Assembly: GCF_964194155.1 (NCBI RefSeq)
Contig: NC_135895.1
Location: forward strand, 20,956,001 to 21,020,000
DNA: 64,000 bases
Source: Cetorhinus maximus
Taxonomy: Eukaryota
Direction: 5' to 3'
The notes under the pieces are model-generated. The model had not been told where the DNA came from. It did no database searches and saw nothing but the letters and a program-made list of their open reading frames with translations. Shown one piece after another: positions 1 to 13,252 of this stretch. Positions within the stretch are counted from its first letter, which is position 1; every line of letters begins with the position of its first letter. Both the position numbers and the translations under genes were made by a program.

Positions 1-2005
1 CCACAGCAAACTCAAGATAGGGTAAAATCAGAGGATTAGTTTATTTCACACTCAGAACACCGGAGGTGGGTGTCGCTACATAACCCCTGGTACATTCATA
101 CAATAAAAGAGGGATAAGGAAAAGAAAGAGGTATAGGGCAAAGAGCACAGAGAAGATTAGACTTATTGTTTCACGTGAGTCCAGAATCAAACGTCCAATG
201 GTATATTCTTTCAGAGTCAGCAGGTTGAAGACTGATGCTGGATAATTCACTTTTCCAGTAAAGATGACTTCCACGATGAGAAGGGCACATAGAGATGAAT
301 TAGTCTTGTAGGCAGTGGTACAGAAGTTCCAGTAGAAACAGTGTAGATGGGGGCCAGACATTCACCCGGACCAAGCCCTTGTTCTGAGCTGCTGCTTGGT
401 TGATGGAAAGTGGCAGTCTGAGCTCTGCAGCTCCACAAGGCAATATTACAGGTTCCAGCAGCTTGCGGGTGGGGGGTGCGTATTATGTGATATGACTCCT
501 ACTTCTCCACCTTGCTTTGGACAAAGGATGAATATTCCTTTGTCTGGATTCTTGAGATAGTTAATGTTTCAATCATTAATGATTTCAACAGAGGTTTCAG
601 GGTACTTTGTCCTCACAGATTGATAATCTCCGTTGGCCAGGGGTCTGGCATTAGAAATGTAAATAGCCTTTATACAATTCCCTGGGATTTAACCTGTGCA
701 GCCACAGGGGTTAATTAGCACCTCACTAGAGAAAGCAAGGTGGCTGCAGTTCTGAATGCCAGGAAGTTCCTTTTGTTGGAGTCATAGCCAGTCATGGCTT
801 CAGTCATTTTAAAGCCTTTGTCCAGTTTTTAAATATAATTTTATAAATTAACCAGGATGATGTATAGATATTTTATAAAAGCATAGTGAAGTCTTAGCTC
901 CAGGCCATCTCATTATTACATAGACCTTTGAAACTGAAAATTTTAGTTATTATGGGTAGTCTAATACCCCAGTGAAGGCTAAACAATATAATTAATGTAA
1001 TATAATTGAACCTTTGTCAAATACTCCTTTGAAGTGCTTCAGGATTACATTTCATTAAAGCCCTTATATATATGCATGTTGTTGTTGTAGTCCTTGGCCC
1101 AGCTTGTAACCAAGATGGGACTATAACGAAGGTAAATTACACCCTTATTTTGGTAGTGCAGCAAGGCTTTTCAGCATACCAATAGCCAATGGTTAAATCA
1201 GAGGATGTGTTAAGAAAGGTGATTTGGTTAACCTTCATAATCAGGGTATTTTGGAACATTTTTAAAGCTGAAGCATTCAGAGAAAGACACCTTTATAGGA
1301 GCCTGTTGGTGCCGTATATTTATAGCACCACTGCGATCTAGAATCTGATGTCCAGGCTGAATCCGTTGCGGTGCTGAGGGAATGCCACATAGTCAGAGAT
1401 GTCAACCTTCAGATGAGGCATTAAAACAGAGTCTGTCTGCAGCAGTCATTCAGGTGAATTTTTAAAGTTACCACAACACAATTTAAGGAAGACAAGAGAG
1501 TTTGTCAATTGTCCTGGCTTTTATTTTGATCTGAATACTGATTCAGCTGTGATACTGTTCCCATCCAACCTCCTTGAATGCATTTCCACGTCAGATCGAC
1601 TGAGAGACATCAGTAAAGGCTGAGCTTTCCTTTGTTAACATAGGTCAAATATAATATCCCAAGTGCTGTCTTGGCAAGAACGGGGGGTCAAATCAGGAAA
1701 CCTTCCTGGTTGGAATGACTCCGCTGAGCCATCAATCCTAATGAAGTGATGCTTCTAATGAACAGTTCCCAGGCGCTCGCCGTAAAGGTTCCCATGTGAA
1801 CACGGCTATTTGGTTGAGGTACCAGGAGGCTAGCAGATCCCTATATCTCAGCAAGGAGTCTGAGTCTTCAGGAATGGAGGAAAGAAATTGGCCAAGAAAA
1901 CCTCGTTTTGCATATCATCACTGATGAAATCATCTTGAATGAGCAGTAGGACTTTGCATGATGTTTGTGTAAGTAATACACATCAATATGTTTTGTTCTT
2001 TTCAG

Positions 2006-2242
2006 GTGTTTGTAGTGTGTTTCACAGTCTTTGGAGGCCTCGTGGCATTTAACTACAATCGTGATCTGAATGTTTGGGTTATCCCACTTATAATGGTGTC
2101 CTTTTTTGCCTATTTGGTGGCACATTGCTTCTTGTCAGTGTTTGAAATGGTGCTGGATGTCTTGTTTATGTGTTATGCTGTTGACCTGGCAACTAATGAT
2201 GGGTCAGCGGAAAAACCCTACTTCATGGACAAGGAGTTAATG
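2006..2242 (+). CDS. SLC44A3: Choline transporter-like protein 3, internal coding exon (last TM helices)
   Basis: Acceptor ttttgttcttttcag|2006 and donor ATG|gtgagt at 2243; 237 nt, phase 0; encodes VFVVCFTVFGGLVAFNYNRDLNVWVIPLIMVSFFAYLVAHCFLSVFEMVLDVLFMCYAVDLATNDGSAEKPYFMDKELM, the CTL-family C-terminal signature. Paralog call (A3 vs A1) rests on tail-to-tail synteny with CNN3. Confidence 0.92.
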
Positions 2243-2940
2243 GTGAGTATTAAAGACTCATTAATTTCTACTACCTCATTTTCTAATAAGTGAAAGTGGG
2301 GTTGGTTGGGGGGGTGGTGGTTTACATTGTGGCACCTCTGTATGCAAACATTAACTTGCTATTCAATATGTATTAGCAAATTTAACATAATAGATGTTGC
2401 ACTTTGTACACTAGACACTTTCCTAATCCTTGAGAGTTCAGGAATGCCCAAGTGTAATTTCATGGTATGATGCTTCACCTCAACAACTTGAAATCTCATG
2501 GATTTTTAATAAGTGCAACAAATAAGTTACCTCTTACTCTCCTTGGAGTTCCTTCCAGATGAGTATATTAAGAATCAATGATACATTGGACCATCTGTGT
2601 GCGTAAACACTGACTTATTACTTCAATAACTTTAAGAAGCAGACATAGTAACTGTGTCTTGAACTGCTATTAATTACCAGCATTTATCTGTAGCTCACGC
2701 TCATCACTTTGAGAAATACTCTGGGGCAAGGCAACCTCACTTGCTCTTTATTAAATATTTGATCTGCGCTCCACAAGGATAGTCCTCAGGACCTCAAAAT
2801 TAGTCTGCTCCAAGGGGGGGAAGAGGTGTTGGGGCTGGAGACCTACTTAGTAATTGACAGTAGCTGCATTGGCATGTATGTATGTGTGTGTGAAAGAGTG
2901 AGTACGCACATGGATCATGTGCTGTCATTACAATTACAGG

Positions 2941-2993
2941 TTCTATTTTTAATTTTATAATAAAATTATAGAATTTATAATTCTATAATAGAA
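2941..2993. repeat. Overlapping AT-rich inverted repeats
   Basis: taattttat/ataaaatta (2950-2968) and attatagaatt-tat-aattctataat (2965-2989). Confidence 0.75.
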
Positions 2994-3069
2994 GGATAGA
3001 ATAATGCTTATGTATGAATTATCGAAAGAACTCAGCACATTTTTTAAAAATGTTGTTGCTGTTTTCTAG

Positions 3070-3165
3070 AAATTTATGGGCAAAAGCAATCAAAAGCCCA
3101 AGAGGACCAGTCAAAGTGACAAATCAAACCTGGAAAATAACCCAAACACAGAACTACTGCCAATG
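3070..3165 (+). CDS. SLC44A3: SLC44A3 coding exon, cytoplasmic tail
   Basis: Acceptor gttttctag|3070 and donor ATG|gtgagt at 3166; 96 nt in frame; KFMGKSNQKPKRTSQSDKSNLENNPNTELLPM resembles the SLC44A1/A3 tail (ELKPM / TELQAI, recalled from memory). Confidence 0.85.
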
Positions 3166-4372
3166 GTGAGTGTGTCAAACTGCATCAGCAGTAAGAGTAT
3201 GTCAAATTGCTGCACTGGCATTTCCGTTCCATATCCGTCTCTTACATGGTGGATTCTGTCTATTTAAAATATTGCATAACAGGTGGATATAATTTTCTGT
3301 TACCAAGCAGCAGATGCATTTCCTGAGTTCTTGGTTAAGTTTATAGATACGCCATAATATGTAAAGCCTGGGTAAGTTTGCAATAGAAAATGCAGTATTT
3401 AAATGGGTGATTTGAAGGGAGCAGCACAGCTCATTCAATCTATAAAGGATGAAACTTTCCATCTATGTTAGCAATATCCTCTAAAAGTAAAGCAAGTTCA
3501 ACAACGTGCATTTATATAGCACCTTTCCTCTTGGAGATGGATGTACTATTCAACTATGTTAAACAGAGAGGTCAAGAAGGTATAATGAACCACAGTTACA
3601 GTCCTAAGATGTGTAGCTGGTGACTTCAGCAACAGCAGTCTGAAGGGACTTAAACAGTCAATCATGATGATGTGGCATTGAACTGGGTGGCAGTGGCACA
3701 AAGACCTGAGAAAACAGGGAGGTTAGACATGGGCTGGAAAGGCTGAGAGTGGGCTTTGAGGAGAATGGGAATGGTGGCTATCCAAGGGGAAACCAATTTC
3801 AATGTTAGCAAGCTTTAGGGCACAAAGAATCTGGATTTGGGTTTCAGTGAAGAAGATCCTGACAGGAGTACGAAGTACACATGCAAGGAGTTAAGAGTTT
3901 AAAAATGTCAGAGGGGATTAGGAATAAGGAAAGGAGTGTCTGGGGGAAAAAAATACATAAGCCCCTCACACTTTCTGTTGCTGGTGAAGATGGAGGAGGT
4001 CAGGTGGAAAAGATTTGTTGTTTAGGATTCTGGGATTGTTCTCGATCTCCAGGATGACTCTCAGTAGTGAGATCCATATTATTGTTAGAGAAAGGTAAAG
4101 CCAAATCTGATTGTGAGCTACCAGGCTAATAAAGTTCCAGGTGTACTCAAGTCTGCAGCCCTCGGACTTCAAGGTGAGAAAAGTTCCATGAGGGGTGGGG
4201 GGCTTAACCATCAGTGGATAAAAGGTATTGAAGACAGAAGCAGGGGTACTGTTAAACAGTTGAAAAGCATTAAACAAGTTATGCAGCAAAAATGCTATGT
4301 AGCACAGCCAAGATTTTCTGGTCACTGGTCTGTAATTTGCCTGTCCATTAAAATGAATGGAAGGAAATCATA

Positions 4373-5932
4373 ACAAAAACGAAAATAGCTGGAAAAACTC
4401 AGCAGGTCTGACAGCATCTGCGGAGAGGAACACGGTTAACGTTTCGAGTCCGTATGACTCTTCAACAGAACTAAGGAAAAATAGAAAAGAGGTGAAATAT
4501 AAGCTGGTTGAGGGGGGTGGGACAGGTAGAGTTGGATAGAGGGCCAGTAATAGGTGGAGGCAAAGAAATGATTGCCAAAGATGTCATAGACAAAAGGACA
4601 AAGGGGTGTTGACGACGATGATATTAGTTAAGGAATGTGTTAATGGTGACATTAAGGGTAGAAAGCAGGACAAGCAAGTGACAGATAGCCCTAGTGGGGG
4701 TGGGGTGGGGGGAAGGGATCGAAATAGGCTAAAAGGTGGAGATAAAACGATAGATGGAAATAAATTTAAAAATAATGGAAATGGGTGGGAAAAGAAAAAT
4801 ATATTTTAAAAATTATAAATTATTGGAAAAAGGTGGATCGGAAAAGGGGTGGGGATGGAGGAGAGAGTTCACAATCTGAAGTTGTTGAACTCAATGTTCA
4901 GTCCGGAAGGCTGTAAAGTGCCTAGTCGGAAGATGAGGTGCTGTTCCTCCAGTTTGCGTTGAGCTTCACTGGAACAATGCAGCAGGCCAAGGACGGTCAT
5001 GTGGGCATGAGAACAGGGTGGTGTGTTGAAATGGCAAGCGACAGGGAGGTCTGGGTCATGCTTGCGGACAGACCGAAGGTGTTCCGCAAAGCGGTCACCC
5101 AATCTGCGTTTGGTCTCTCCAATGTAGAGGAAACCGCATTGGGAGCAACGAATGCAGTAGACTAAATTGAGGGAAGTGCAAGTGAAATGCTGCTTCACCT
5201 GAAAGGAGTGTTTGGGCCCTTGGACGGTGAGGAGGGGGAAGTAAAGGGGCAGGTGTTGCACCTTCTGCGGTTGCATGGGAAGGTGCCATGGGAGGGGGTT
5301 GAGGTATAGGGGGTGATGGAGGAGTGGACCAGGGTGTCCTGGAGGTGGGGGGGATGGTGAAGGGAAGATGTGTTTGGTGGTGGCATCATGCTGGAGTTGG
5401 CGGAAATGGCAGAGGATGATCCTTTGAATGCGGAGGCTGGTGGGGTGATAAGTGAGGACAAGGGGGACGCTATCATGGTTCTGGGAGGGAGAGGAAGGTG
5501 TGAGGGCGGATGCGTGGGAGATGGGCTGGACACGGCTCAGGGCCCTATCAACCACCGTGGGTGGAAAAACCTCGGTTAAGGAAGAAGGAAGACATGTCAG
5601 AGGAACTTTTTTGGAAAGTAGCATCATAAGAACAGATGTGACGGAGGCGAAGAAACTGAGAGAATGGAATAGAGTCCTTACAGGAAGCGGGGTGTGAGGA
5701 GCTGTAGTCGAGGTAGCTGTGGGAGTCGGTGGGCTTGTAATGAATATTGGTGGACAGTCTATCACCAGAAATTGAGACCGAGGTCAGGTAAGGGAAGGGA
5801 AGTGTCAGAGATGGACCATGTGAAAATGATGGGTGGAAATTGGAAGCAAAATTAATAAATTTTTCCAGGTCCAGACGAGAGCATGAAGCAGCACCGAAGC
5901 AGTCATCGATGTACCGGAGAAAGAGTTGTGGG
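4373..5932 (-). mobile_element. Penelope-like retroelement (Neptune-type), 5'-truncated and frameshifted
   Basis: RT motif FLRYIDDCF, YKPTDSHSYL, C-x4-C-x2-C linker (PCNRRRCNTC), GIY-YIG endonuclease (LVYCIRCSQCGFLYIGETKRRLGDRFAEH...EQHLIFRLGTLQPSGLN); 11-bp TSD AGGAAATCATA at 4362-4372 and 5933-5943. Confidence 0.93.
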
Positions 5933-6105
5933 AGGAAATCATAGTTGGTGACAAGTAAAAAAAAAAACCAGTAACTTGTCAGATCATATCCCAAACATTT
6001 TAACATGTTTATTTGGCATAAATATTTTATACTGTAGTTTTGTCAAAACATAGATCAATACAGCTCACCTACAGAATTAAAATTGCAATGTAATTCTTTC
6101 CGCAG

Positions 6106-6123
6106 GGCACAAATACAGCATGA
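6106..6123 (+). CDS. SLC44A3: Probable SLC44A3 terminal coding exon (GTNTA*)
   Basis: Acceptor taattctttccgcag|GGC ACA AAT ACA GCA TGA, phase 0 matching the 3165 donor; analogous to the short ASGASSA* terminal exon of SLC44A1. Confidence 0.55.
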   Translation, partial: GTNTA

Positions 6124-9100
6124 TGGGGGCTCCAGTGAACTGAGTATCAACATTCCAACAATCCTTTCTCATTTGATTACTGCAAGCCAAGTGGAGAGCT
6201 GAGCCCTACTATCAATTTAGCCTGAGTTGTCTGGTCCACACAGATCCACTTTGAGTAATCCTTTTTCTTAAGAAATGTTTTATTGTTGTTCGGTCTCCCA
6301 TCAGGATGAGCACTTGGCATGTCATAACATTCAAGGCTATGGGCCAAGTGCTGGTAAATAGGATTAGGTAGGTAGGTCAGGTGTTTCCCACGTGTCGGTG
6401 CAGACTCGATGGGCCGAAGGGCCTCTTCTGCACTGTGATTCTGTGATCATACACTGGGATCTCATTACCGTGATACCAATATCCATTCAGAAGTGGATTT
6501 GTCAGTAACGGAGGGGCCTTATGTTAGTTCTGCCCACACATTTAACACGAATATTCAGTTTTACAAGATGAAACATACAATGATATTAGCTCTAGGCTGG
6601 GTCTAAAAGTTTCTCCAAATGGCTGCTAGCTCCCTTGCTAATGATTGAAGAGAGTTTAAATGCTGCCATCCATGTTTCAGGGCAGATGAATATATTCACT
6701 GAAATTTTCAGAATATATTTAAAATGTGCCATTAATTGAGTTCTGATTATCTTACTGGAGGGTTGTAAAATGTTAACTAATTCTCTATTGTAAATACTAC
6801 CAGAACTTGAATAGTCCTATTAAATTAAATACCTAAACACCAATGCTAATCACTATTCATTTTAGAATTTTTTTGAGATTAGAGCTTCTAACCTCTTTAA
6901 AAATAATCATTTAACAGTTTTATTTATTAAATCTTTATCTGTAATATTATGATGTACTGTAGTGGACCCTCTTTACTTACTGATCCCTTCTACTGAAGCC
7001 CACCCCAGCTCTGCTCTATTGATAGAAGCATGCTGTCCCCTGCTGTACTTTATTTTTTTTTTAAAAAGGGTGAAGAAATAAAAAGCAGGCACCATAAAAG
7101 TGGCTGTGAAGTTGTCAGATTGCCATAAGAATCAATGTGGTTCACTAATGGCCTTTAAAAGGAAGGAAACCTGCCATCCTTTCCTACTCTGGACCATATG
7201 CGATTCCAGACCCACACCACTTGGTTTGATCCTTAACTGCCCTCTTAAGTCACTCAACTCTACGTAGCTGCTGCAGAGGAAAACGCAACAGTTCTAAAGG
7301 AGCAGGCACACTCCCACCTTAGGGCAAGCAGGGACTGGCAATAAATCCCAAACTCACTAGTGATGCCCACAGCTAGGGAATGGAATAGAACCCTGTGGAT
7401 CTAGATAAAGTATGCTGACCTGTCAGAGAATTCCATAGGCATTACCTTCAAATAAACGGTTAACTTTGAGTCTTCTGCTGCTGGTTGGCTTCATTTGCTG
7501 GCAGCAATCATCAGAAATGCAGGCACACCTTACCTGGTTTCATGTGAGCCAGCATTGCAAGCTTGAGTATTTGGAATGTGCCGCACAGCAACATCCATTT
7601 GTGAAATGATCCCAATCTTAACCCACTTTGCTCTCTACCATTCTTCCCATTAATAAGACTGCCTTAGTAGGTAGATAGGTCATGGTGGGAGGAAACTCAT
7701 GTGGAGCCCAAGCAACAGCCAGACCTGCTGGGCAAAATGGCATGTTTCTGTATTGTAAATTCTATGTAGCACAAGCGCAAACCTGATGAAAAATCTCCTA
7801 ACTGGGCCTAAAGTAAACAAAATGAATATTACATTTGCTGTAGATGTAGAATGACAATGTTGAAAGGTGTCCCTGGTAAGAAAGGTGCATCCACTGCCAT
7901 TAGTTCTAATACTTAAGACACTGAAGTTTTATTTTAAAAATTGCTCCTTTTTGATAGTCTACATTACAAATATTTCACTTACCAAGCACCAAGAGTTTAC
8001 TTTGATGGGGGTCACTTCACTCAATCTAAGTTTTGTTTTTGGTTTGAGAAAACAAGGGTCAAGTTTGAACTATTTTGTATAGATTGTAATTAAGATTTTG
8101 CATTTTAACAGGTGAAGCCATGGGGTAAGCCTCTCCTTCGAAGCACATTAGGACAAATTTTACAAGGGAGTTGTTTTAAAAAATGTAAAATAGTATCAAC
8201 TCTAAAAGTTACTTGACAGGGTGAATCTATTTTTGGTATCCTGTTACAGAATAGGGCACACTTTTTTTAAAAAAAACCGATGTTTTTACTATGTTAAATC
8301 TCATTGTAAAGTTAAAAATTTGGACATTAAAAGTTTTGTCATCATTTAACTGGGTGAATTGGAAACTTCTAGAATTTATGTACATGTGCCAGCAACACCA
8401 AAATTGATCTGTTGGCAATTGTGAGGACTGCATGTGGTAATTATCCTGTATATGACATATTGGGTGAACTTTTCAGTGGAATATCTGGCACTGCTTTTAA
8501 AACAGGTTGATCTTAACCACACCAAGAATTACTTGTAATCTGAATTTAATACTATCCATGAAAAATTAAATAGATTTCATCACTTTGATTCTCTAGTGGA
8601 ACCCCAACCTCCATTGACATGTACATGATTTCCAACTTATATTCCCTTGAAAAACATGGTGTGTAAAAAGTTAGTATTCGTTTGAAAACAAGGAACTAGC
8701 TAGAAGACATCCTTATCCTCTCACTACTGTTAGTCATCACCTGTGGTATCAAGATTATTGCAGCAGTGCTGGTTCTGTACTCTAACATTTATTTACACGA
8801 CCTTTTCTATTCTTGATAACCTCTAGCACTTACAACACAAGGCAGTTGTCCTGGCTATGCCCAAAAGAGTGACATGGCAGAAAAAAAACACTAGCTGACA
8901 GCAGAGGAAGAGGAGCAGAGGAACAGTGCAAGAGTAAAGAAAATAACATGCCTTTATATAGTCTTTCACAACCTTAGGACATCCTAAAGTACTTCTTCAC
9001 AGCCAATGAAGTGAAGTCACTAACGTAGGAATCCATATGCATTTAAAAATAGGACTTTGTTCCAGTTAGAAACAGCAATGGCTTGGAGCTCAGCTGTTAA

Positions 9101-11079
9101 CAATTGATGCATTGTTTAGCTTCATTACTTCTAGATCGGAAAGAAAATGGAACTCTTAATTTTACCACTTCTGTAAGCTATATAATGGAGTTGGCTGGCT
9201 CCCAACTATTGAGCTGTAACAATGCCTTACTGTGCTACAGAACTTGAAGCACAAATACAACTACGAAAATAACCAGCTACAGAATGCAAGGTCTTAATTA
9301 AAATGCCAATACCTGATTTTGGAAAGATTCTGTTGGTCCTGACCATTTAAAATTCCTGCATGCAGTTTTAAATGACAACCAATAAAACAAAGTGACAAAG
9401 TTTTGAAAAATATTTTTCAAAAAATAAAATTCACGAGATTTTCATTATGCAAGCTAAAAAAAATCCAGTGTATGATTCCAACAGCTGCTTTCATCACCAA
9501 ATTATCACCATACTTACTGTGTTTAGATAAAAAGAGATTTGCATTAAAACACTGCATTAGTTGGGGAGAATTATCTATTATTCCCTGGCTGGAATAGAAG
9601 TTTAAGTATGTTGTTCCTTCTTTACCCATTGTAAGCGCACTATTTTTGTAGTAGACAACAGTATGATTAAATTGGGAAACTAATGAGTATACTACATAGT
9701 ATTCAGTTCCATCTGCAACTCCTCAGATAATGAAGCAATCTATGCCTGCACATAGCAACTTTCAAGACTGGGCTGATAATTAGTGATAGGCTCCAACAAG
9801 CGAATCTAGCTAACCCTTTAGATTCAACAGCATTACTATGGTCACTCTCCATCAATATCTTAGGGTCACCACTGACCACAAACGTAACTGGAGCAGCCAT
9901 AAGGACTACAGCAGATCAGAGGCTGGGTATTGTGGCAAATCACCCCTCACTCCCAAGCTCGTTCACCATCCACAAGCTGGGAGTATGGTGGAATACTCTC
10001 CACTCGTCTAGAGGAGTGCAGCTCCAACAACACCGAAGCTCAACACAATCCAGGACAAAGCAACCCATCAATTAGGGATGGGCAATAAATACTGACTTTG
10101 CAAAGTACACCTACGTACATCCCATGAAAGAATTAAAACAAAAACAGGACATATATTTAGTTTCACTTGAATAAAACAAATTAAGTGTTACATAGGAATT
10201 ATGATACAGAAGCAGATCATTCAGTCCAACCAGTGCAATATGGAGTTCAGCGTCAACCTAAACAGCAGTCCCTAATCCCTTGTGCCTGCTGTTGCCATTT
10301 CCCTTCAGTCACCTCACAACTTGTGTTAACATGGTTTCTATTTCAATCACCAACTCCAACTGCGCATTTCGCAGCCTCACAAAGCAGTTCCAACCCAACT
10401 ACTGAAAAGGTTTGGCTCGATCTACATTGATCCATCCATTTTTAAAGAAGCTTTTAACACCCCAAAATCTGGACTACTCCAACAAAAAAGAGCCAAGTTT
10501 TTCTTCACACTTGTATTCCCTCATCCCAGACAGCAATCCATTGAATCTACATCGTATCCTCTCCAAAGTCTCAATATCCTTCCTATAGTGTGCAGTGCAA
10601 TACTGCACACAATATTCTAACATGTTAAGGTGATTGGGTGGAAGATGGTACTGCAGTTAGACTTGATGACACTATGAATGTGAATGTGTTTTAGTTACGT
10701 TCCATATCCTGTTATGAGTATAGCCTGTTTATCTACAAACATAGGCATAAGTTCTTTGCTCTTATAATTTTAGTACAAAATTAAACCAACTGAGAACCAA
10801 TAGTTGCTTTAGTAATGGTGAAAACTGAGTGCTTGACCAATACTTAATATTTAAATAGTCTCTGTCACAAAAGATTGTCAATTAGCTTACAAAAAGACTT
10901 GGGTTTTCTCAGTAAGGATGTATCCACACTGCAGTTCGAGACCAGTGACTGCATTCAAAAGTTCCAGCTAGGCACAGCTTCATTTAGCATGGCTGGCTGC
11001 AAACGTCTCACCCAGGAGATAAGCTGTGTGCATGCCTGGGTAGACAGGACAGAGTTCTCTCCTAAAAGTTAAAAACATA

Positions 11080-11709
11080 GGCCCAGATCTTCCGATCTCT
11101 GGAGAGTCAGACACCGGACATACCCCAGAAGATGCGCTATAGACCCCTCAGAATTCCGAATGCATGGCAATTGACCGGAAATTGTGATGGCCAATTGCCC
11201 AATGGGCAATTCCCCTGCTCCCCCAGAAGTTAGAGTCAGAGACTTGATGATTTTAACTTGCCAGCATACTTACCTAAGAAAAAAAACTAGTCTAACAGAG
11301 GTAACTATACAACTGCCACCACCCCCACCAAATAACTCATCTGACCCCCGTGACCAGGTTAGCCCCCAGCACCCAACTTGACCCTACCGCCCCCTACCTA
11401 CTCATGCACCCACCACCCTGCCCCCTTACACACCTTACCCACAAAATCTCTCCCTAGCTGTTTTCAAAGATGCGTTGGGACATTTAAGCTGTGTTTAATC
11501 GGAACACGGCAGCTAGTGCTGCAATAAAAAAGGAGGCATGTCTTCTGCACAGATTCTCTCCACTGTTCCTTATGAGGTTTGCTGCACTGGGTCGGATGTG
11601 AAGGATCCTCCATCAGAAGACTGCCCTGAAATAATTGCTGGAAGGGTGCATTTTTTGTCTGATCATGGTCGGAAATGGGGCTTCCAATCCAAATTGGAAG
11701 ATCTGGGCC
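11080..11709. mobile_element. MITE / non-autonomous DNA transposon
   Basis: Perfect 14-bp terminal inverted repeat GGCCCAGATCTTCC (11080-11093) / GGAAGATCTGGGCC (11696-11709); non-coding interior. Confidence 0.75.
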
Positions 11710-11759
11710 AGTAAGTTTAGAAAACAGGAAGATGGTCCTGATTATTTAAATGTTCAAAT

Positions 11760-12285
11760 AGAACATAAGAAATAGGGACATACCGGGGTTATATGGCTCC
11801 TCAAACGTGCTCTGCCATTCAAGATCATGGCTTGTCAGCTCATGACCACAACTCCACTTTCCTGCCAGTCCCCCATAACCCTCGACTCCCTTGTCGATCA
11901 AAACTCTAACTCAACCTCTACCAAATGACCCAGTCTTCCCTGGGGTAGAGAATAAGATCCTGGAGAGGAAATTCCTCATCTGTCTTTAATGGGCAGCCCC
12001 TTGTTCTGAAACTATGCCCCCTAGCTCTAGATTCTCCCTCAAGAGGAAACAACCTCAGCATCTAACCTGTCAAGCCTCCTCAGAATCTAATGCTTCAATA
12101 GGATCACCTCCCTCCATTGAGTATAGGCTGAACATGTTCAACTTTTCCTCACTGGAGGCAGTTCAGAGAAGGCGCAATGAAAATATATCCCTCCTTAAAT
12201 AAGGAGACCAAAACTGAATGCAATACAGATGTGGTCTCATCAATGCCCAGTACAGTTGTGGCAAGACTTTCCTACTTTTATAGTC
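11760..12285 (-). mobile_element. Classical CR1 3' fragment
   Basis: Same tail and body as 50155-50760; other CR1 relics at about 6330-6447, 10190-10630, 15895-16010, 19290-19829 plus 23371-23900, 28845-29240, 47000-47180 and 63800-64000. Confidence 0.75.
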
Positions 12286-13246
12286 AATTAGGTGGATAGA
12301 CTATCAAGCATTTTAAAAATCAGATATGACACAGCACTGGATTTACCATCCATATTGTGTCAAAGCCTACCCACTTCTAGGGAGTGTCTCTATATTTTCC
12401 TCTGGAGTCAGATTGGATCCCATTTTCTTACAGGGCAGTTACATTACCAGTGCAATGTTCGTGCCAATGTTAAATTGCTTTGCACTGATAAATTTTCCAA
12501 TGAACCCAAACAATTTTATTTTCCACTAAATGGGGTGCCGTTGTGATTTTAGACTGTAGTAATTCCGGCTTGTACTGGCCAACAGCTACTCACCAGTATA
12601 AAATGCGGAACTGGTTGAAATATGTAGTAATGATTTATATTTGCATTTAATTCCAAATCAAAATCCCTCCTGCTCCTGAGGCCCAACATACATGCCTCTA
12701 TGTGGGGTAACCACTGCTCAGTAAGAACTGTGTAGTACAGAAGTAATTCTTGAGGCACTGACATTTTAAAGCACGATTTTCTTAACCTTTGAACACAGTC
12801 CCAACCCACTGCTGTTCCTGACAATAAAACATGAAAGTGAATCCAATTTTATTTAGAAATAGATTGGAAACATTTTAGATTCAATATTCTGGTTTTTAAG
12901 GGATGGATCACAGCGATGAATTGAGAGATTCACTTCAGCAATCAAATCGGCAACTGATTTAGCAATTACTGCAAAAATCAATCTTGATTACGTTGTAATA
13001 AAAGGTTGCTTTACACTTTTTTTTTAAATAACAAGAGCATTGTGTGGATCAGCTGCACTAAGTAAATTGGAATTTGCACAGAAACAGATCATTCACTTTT
13101 GAATGAATCAAATCTAAACAATTGTTATAAAGCATTTTAACATGGAAAAATGTACCCGAGGCATGGACAACAACAAAAAGATACAAGCCAAAAAAAAAAG
13201 GAATGGACAATCATCACTTTGTGGACATGTTGTGTCTATAACAATT

Positions 13247-13252
13247 TTTATT
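13247..13252 (-). terminator. Likely CNN3 polyadenylation signal
   Basis: AATAAA on minus about 1.15 kb after the stop, followed by a U/GU-rich tract (ttttttttttggcttgtatctttttgttgttg); other hexamers near 13428 and 12848. Confidence 0.55.

Noticed and set aside
41-720. Short ORFs with a Cys/Trp motif (HCFYWNFCTTAY) suggestive of a retroviral env relic
   Set aside because: No LTR, gag/pol motif or sustained frame; resemblance too weak without a profile search.
3600-4350. Possible L2 LINE remnants (also about 52750-53050)
   Set aside because: Only compositional resemblance; no diagnostic motif could be read.
4869-5765. 298-aa ORF as a novel host nuclease gene
   Set aside because: It is the frameshifted C-terminal part of a TSD-flanked Penelope element with two further copies in the window.
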